A program made the position numbers and the translations under genes. From assembly GCA_963798915.1 (NCBI GenBank), contig CAWCVB010000002.1, positions 416,001 through 480,000 of the forward strand: DNA of 64,000 bases, written 5' to 3'. This stretch comes from an uncultured Gemmatimonadales bacterium. GTDB lineage: Bacteria > Gemmatimonadota > Gemmatimonadetes > Gemmatimonadales > GWC2-71-9. Below are positions 62,368 through 64,000 of the stretch, piece by piece. A model generated the notes under the pieces. That model had not been told where the DNA came from. It did not search any database and saw nothing but the letters and a program-made list of their open reading frames with translations. Every line of letters starts with the position of its first letter. Position 1 is the stretch's first letter.

Positions 62368-62775
62368 ATGACCGACGCACAACATGTGCTCCTGCTCGAC
62401 GGCGACGACATCCGGCGCCGCGCCTTGGCTGCGATGTTCCGCGCCGCAGGGCACGTGACCATTGCCGAAGGCGCCGGGGCGGCGGCCGTGGATGCGCTGG
62501 TGGCTGGGCCCGACGCGGCCACGCCCGGCTTTGACGTCCTGGTGCTGGACCTGGCCCTGCCCGGGCTGGATGTCAGCGCCCTGCGGCGCGCGGTGGCGCC
62601 GGAAGTGACCACACCGCCGGACTCGCTGGAGAGCGCCGAGCGCCGCCACCTGGTGCGGGTGCTCGAGTACACGGCCGGCAACCGCCGGCAGGCGGCACTG
62701 CTGCTCGGCATCTCCCGATCCACCCTGCTCAACAAGATCCGCCGCTACGGCATTGAGCACGCCGGCCGCCGCTGA
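62368..62775 (+). CDS. Partial receiver domain fused to Fis-type HTH
   Basis: VLLLDGD, FDVLVLDLALPG; SLESAERRH...GNRRQAALLLGISRSTL. Confidence 0.82.
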   Translation: MTDAQHVLLLDGDDIRRRALAAMFRAAGHVTIAEGAGAAAVDALVAGPDAATPGFDVLVLDLALPGLDVSALRRAVAPEVTTPPDSLESAERRHLVRVLEYTAGNRRQAALLLGISRSTLLNKIRRYGIEHAGRR

Positions 62776-62782
62776 CCAGTGG

Positions 62783-63214
62783 TCAGTGCACGATGCGCAG
62801 CCGGCCCAGGCGCGACAGCACCATGGAGCGCCTGACGCCGTGATACTCCACCGTCCAGGTCCCGTTGGACACGCCGAGGCCAATGGCCGTGGGGGCCACA
62901 AGGATGGCGTGGCTGGGCCCGCTGAGGGCCACCTGCCGCGCTGCGGGACCGGCTTCCTGCCAGCGCACCGTGGTGTCTCCCTGCGCTACCAGCACGATGG
63001 TGATGCTGTCGGGACGGATTTGCAGTACAGCGACCTGGCTGCTGGTCAGCGCCAGCATCCGGGCCCGCATGTGGGCGCGCGCCAGCCGCTGCACTTCGTT
63101 TTCGACCGTGATGGTGGCCAGGGGCCGCTCCAGGTGCGGCACAGTGATGAGCACCATCAGGCCAAGCAGCACGATGACCAGCAGCACTTCAATGAGCGAC
63201 ATGCCCTTGCGCAT
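62783..63214 (-). CDS. Prepilin-type GspH/FimT-like pseudopilin
   Basis: KG-MSLIEVLLVIVLLG N-methylation motif. Confidence 0.85.
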   Translation of the reverse strand: MRKGMSLIEVLLVIVLLGLMVLITVPHLERPLATITVENEVQRLARAHMRARMLALTSSQVAVLQIRPDSITIVLVAQGDTTVRWQEAGPAARQVALSGPSHAILVAPTAIGLGVSNGTWTVEYHGVRRSMVLSRLGRLRIVH

Positions 63215-63391
63215 GCGTCCAACATGGCGGCCCCGGAGGCATCATCGTCATTCTTTCCGTGCGCGCCGGCGCGCGGCCACGCGCGCCACTTGCCCGCATG
63301 CGAGTGTGGCGGCATACTAGCAAGCCCGCACTGCACCGTCCCCGTTCCCGGAGCAAGCTGCCGCGTGCTGATTGGCCGTCTCGATTCAGCG

Positions 63392-64000
63392 ATGTATCAG
63401 GCAGGTGGCCCGCTCCACGCCGTCTTCCACGCCAACGCGCAGCTCGCCGCGAGCCGCGGTGAGGAACAGCTCCGCTCCACCGCTCTTGGCGCCTATCTCG
63501 TCATGCGCCTGGTGGCGCGCACCTTGGCGGAAGGCGAGACGGATGGCACCGCGCTGGAGCTGCAGCGCATCAGCACCACTCACTTCGTTGATGGCCTTCC
63601 AACTACCTTGGCGGAGTGCGCCCATCTGCGGCTGCTGCTCACGGCGCTGATGGATGACCCCGATCGAGGACAGCTGCGGCACGCACTCTGGCGCTACGCC
63701 GGATGGCTCGAACGGGAAGGCCGGCTCGACATGGCGCTGGAGTCGCTTCGGCTGGCGGCGCGCACCTGGCGCGGAGAGATTCCGCCGCGAGATTTCACCG
63801 CCCTGGCGCTGGACGTGGGGCGGGTCAATCGGCAACTGGCCCGGCATGACCTTGCCCAGGACGCGTATGCCGCCGCCGCCGAGGGCGCCGCTGCCACCGG
63901 CGACCGGAGCGCACAGTTGCGGGCCAGGCTCGGAACCATCTCGGTCCACCGCCTGCGCGGCGAGATGTCGGGTCTCGATCACGCCCTCCATGCGCTCCTG
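63392..64000 (+). CDS. TPR-like helical protein, runs off the window
   Basis: Open frame MYQAGGPLHAVF...YAGWLEREGRL...AQDAYAAA with no stop before the end. Confidence 0.65.
   Translation, partial: MYQAGGPLHAVFHANAQLAASRGEEQLRSTALGAYLVMRLVARTLAEGETDGTALELQRISTTHFVDGLPTTLAECAHLRLLLTALMDDPDRGQLRHALWRYAGWLEREGRLDMALESLRLAARTWRGEIPPRDFTALALDVGRVNRQLARHDLAQDAYAAAAEGAAATGDRSAQLRARLGTISVHRLRGEMSGLDHALHALL

Overview
High-GC bacterial chromosomal segment; gene content and style suggest Gemmatimonadota (inference, no rRNA present). Left part: an anoxia/N-oxide block (DosS-like GAF kinase and OmpR-type regulator, P1B ATPase, USP) facing a clade II nitrous-oxide reductase cluster (cyt c, nosZ, nosB-nosL fusion, nosDFY). 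It is followed by a rearranged hotspot with two toxin-antitoxin pairs and duplicated gene fragments. The rest holds a BTAD/ATPase/TPR regulator facing an Ig-like lipoprotein, a TPP riboswitch with thiC, hsp20, hemA/hemH, a two-component pair, an RND efflux system, tandem lepB, a GT4/glucosidase pair, MCP plus binding protein, csp, ogt and a yhaM-like gene. Two signals are not explained by the genes. (1) A ~410-nt highly structured, apparently free-standing RNA at 60807-61221, with its own promoter, a pseudoknot, GNRA loops and a terminator, behind a DnaA-box-like cluster. (2) About 14 arrays of 7/8-bp tandem repeats, often palindromic. They sit at gene junctions, supply stop/start codons, bracket cargo genes (a vapBC cassette, a 3.3-kb island) and occur once in-frame inside thiC. 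Six single-base frameshifts suggest long-read assembly errors. All structure and homology calls are by eye; no searches were run.
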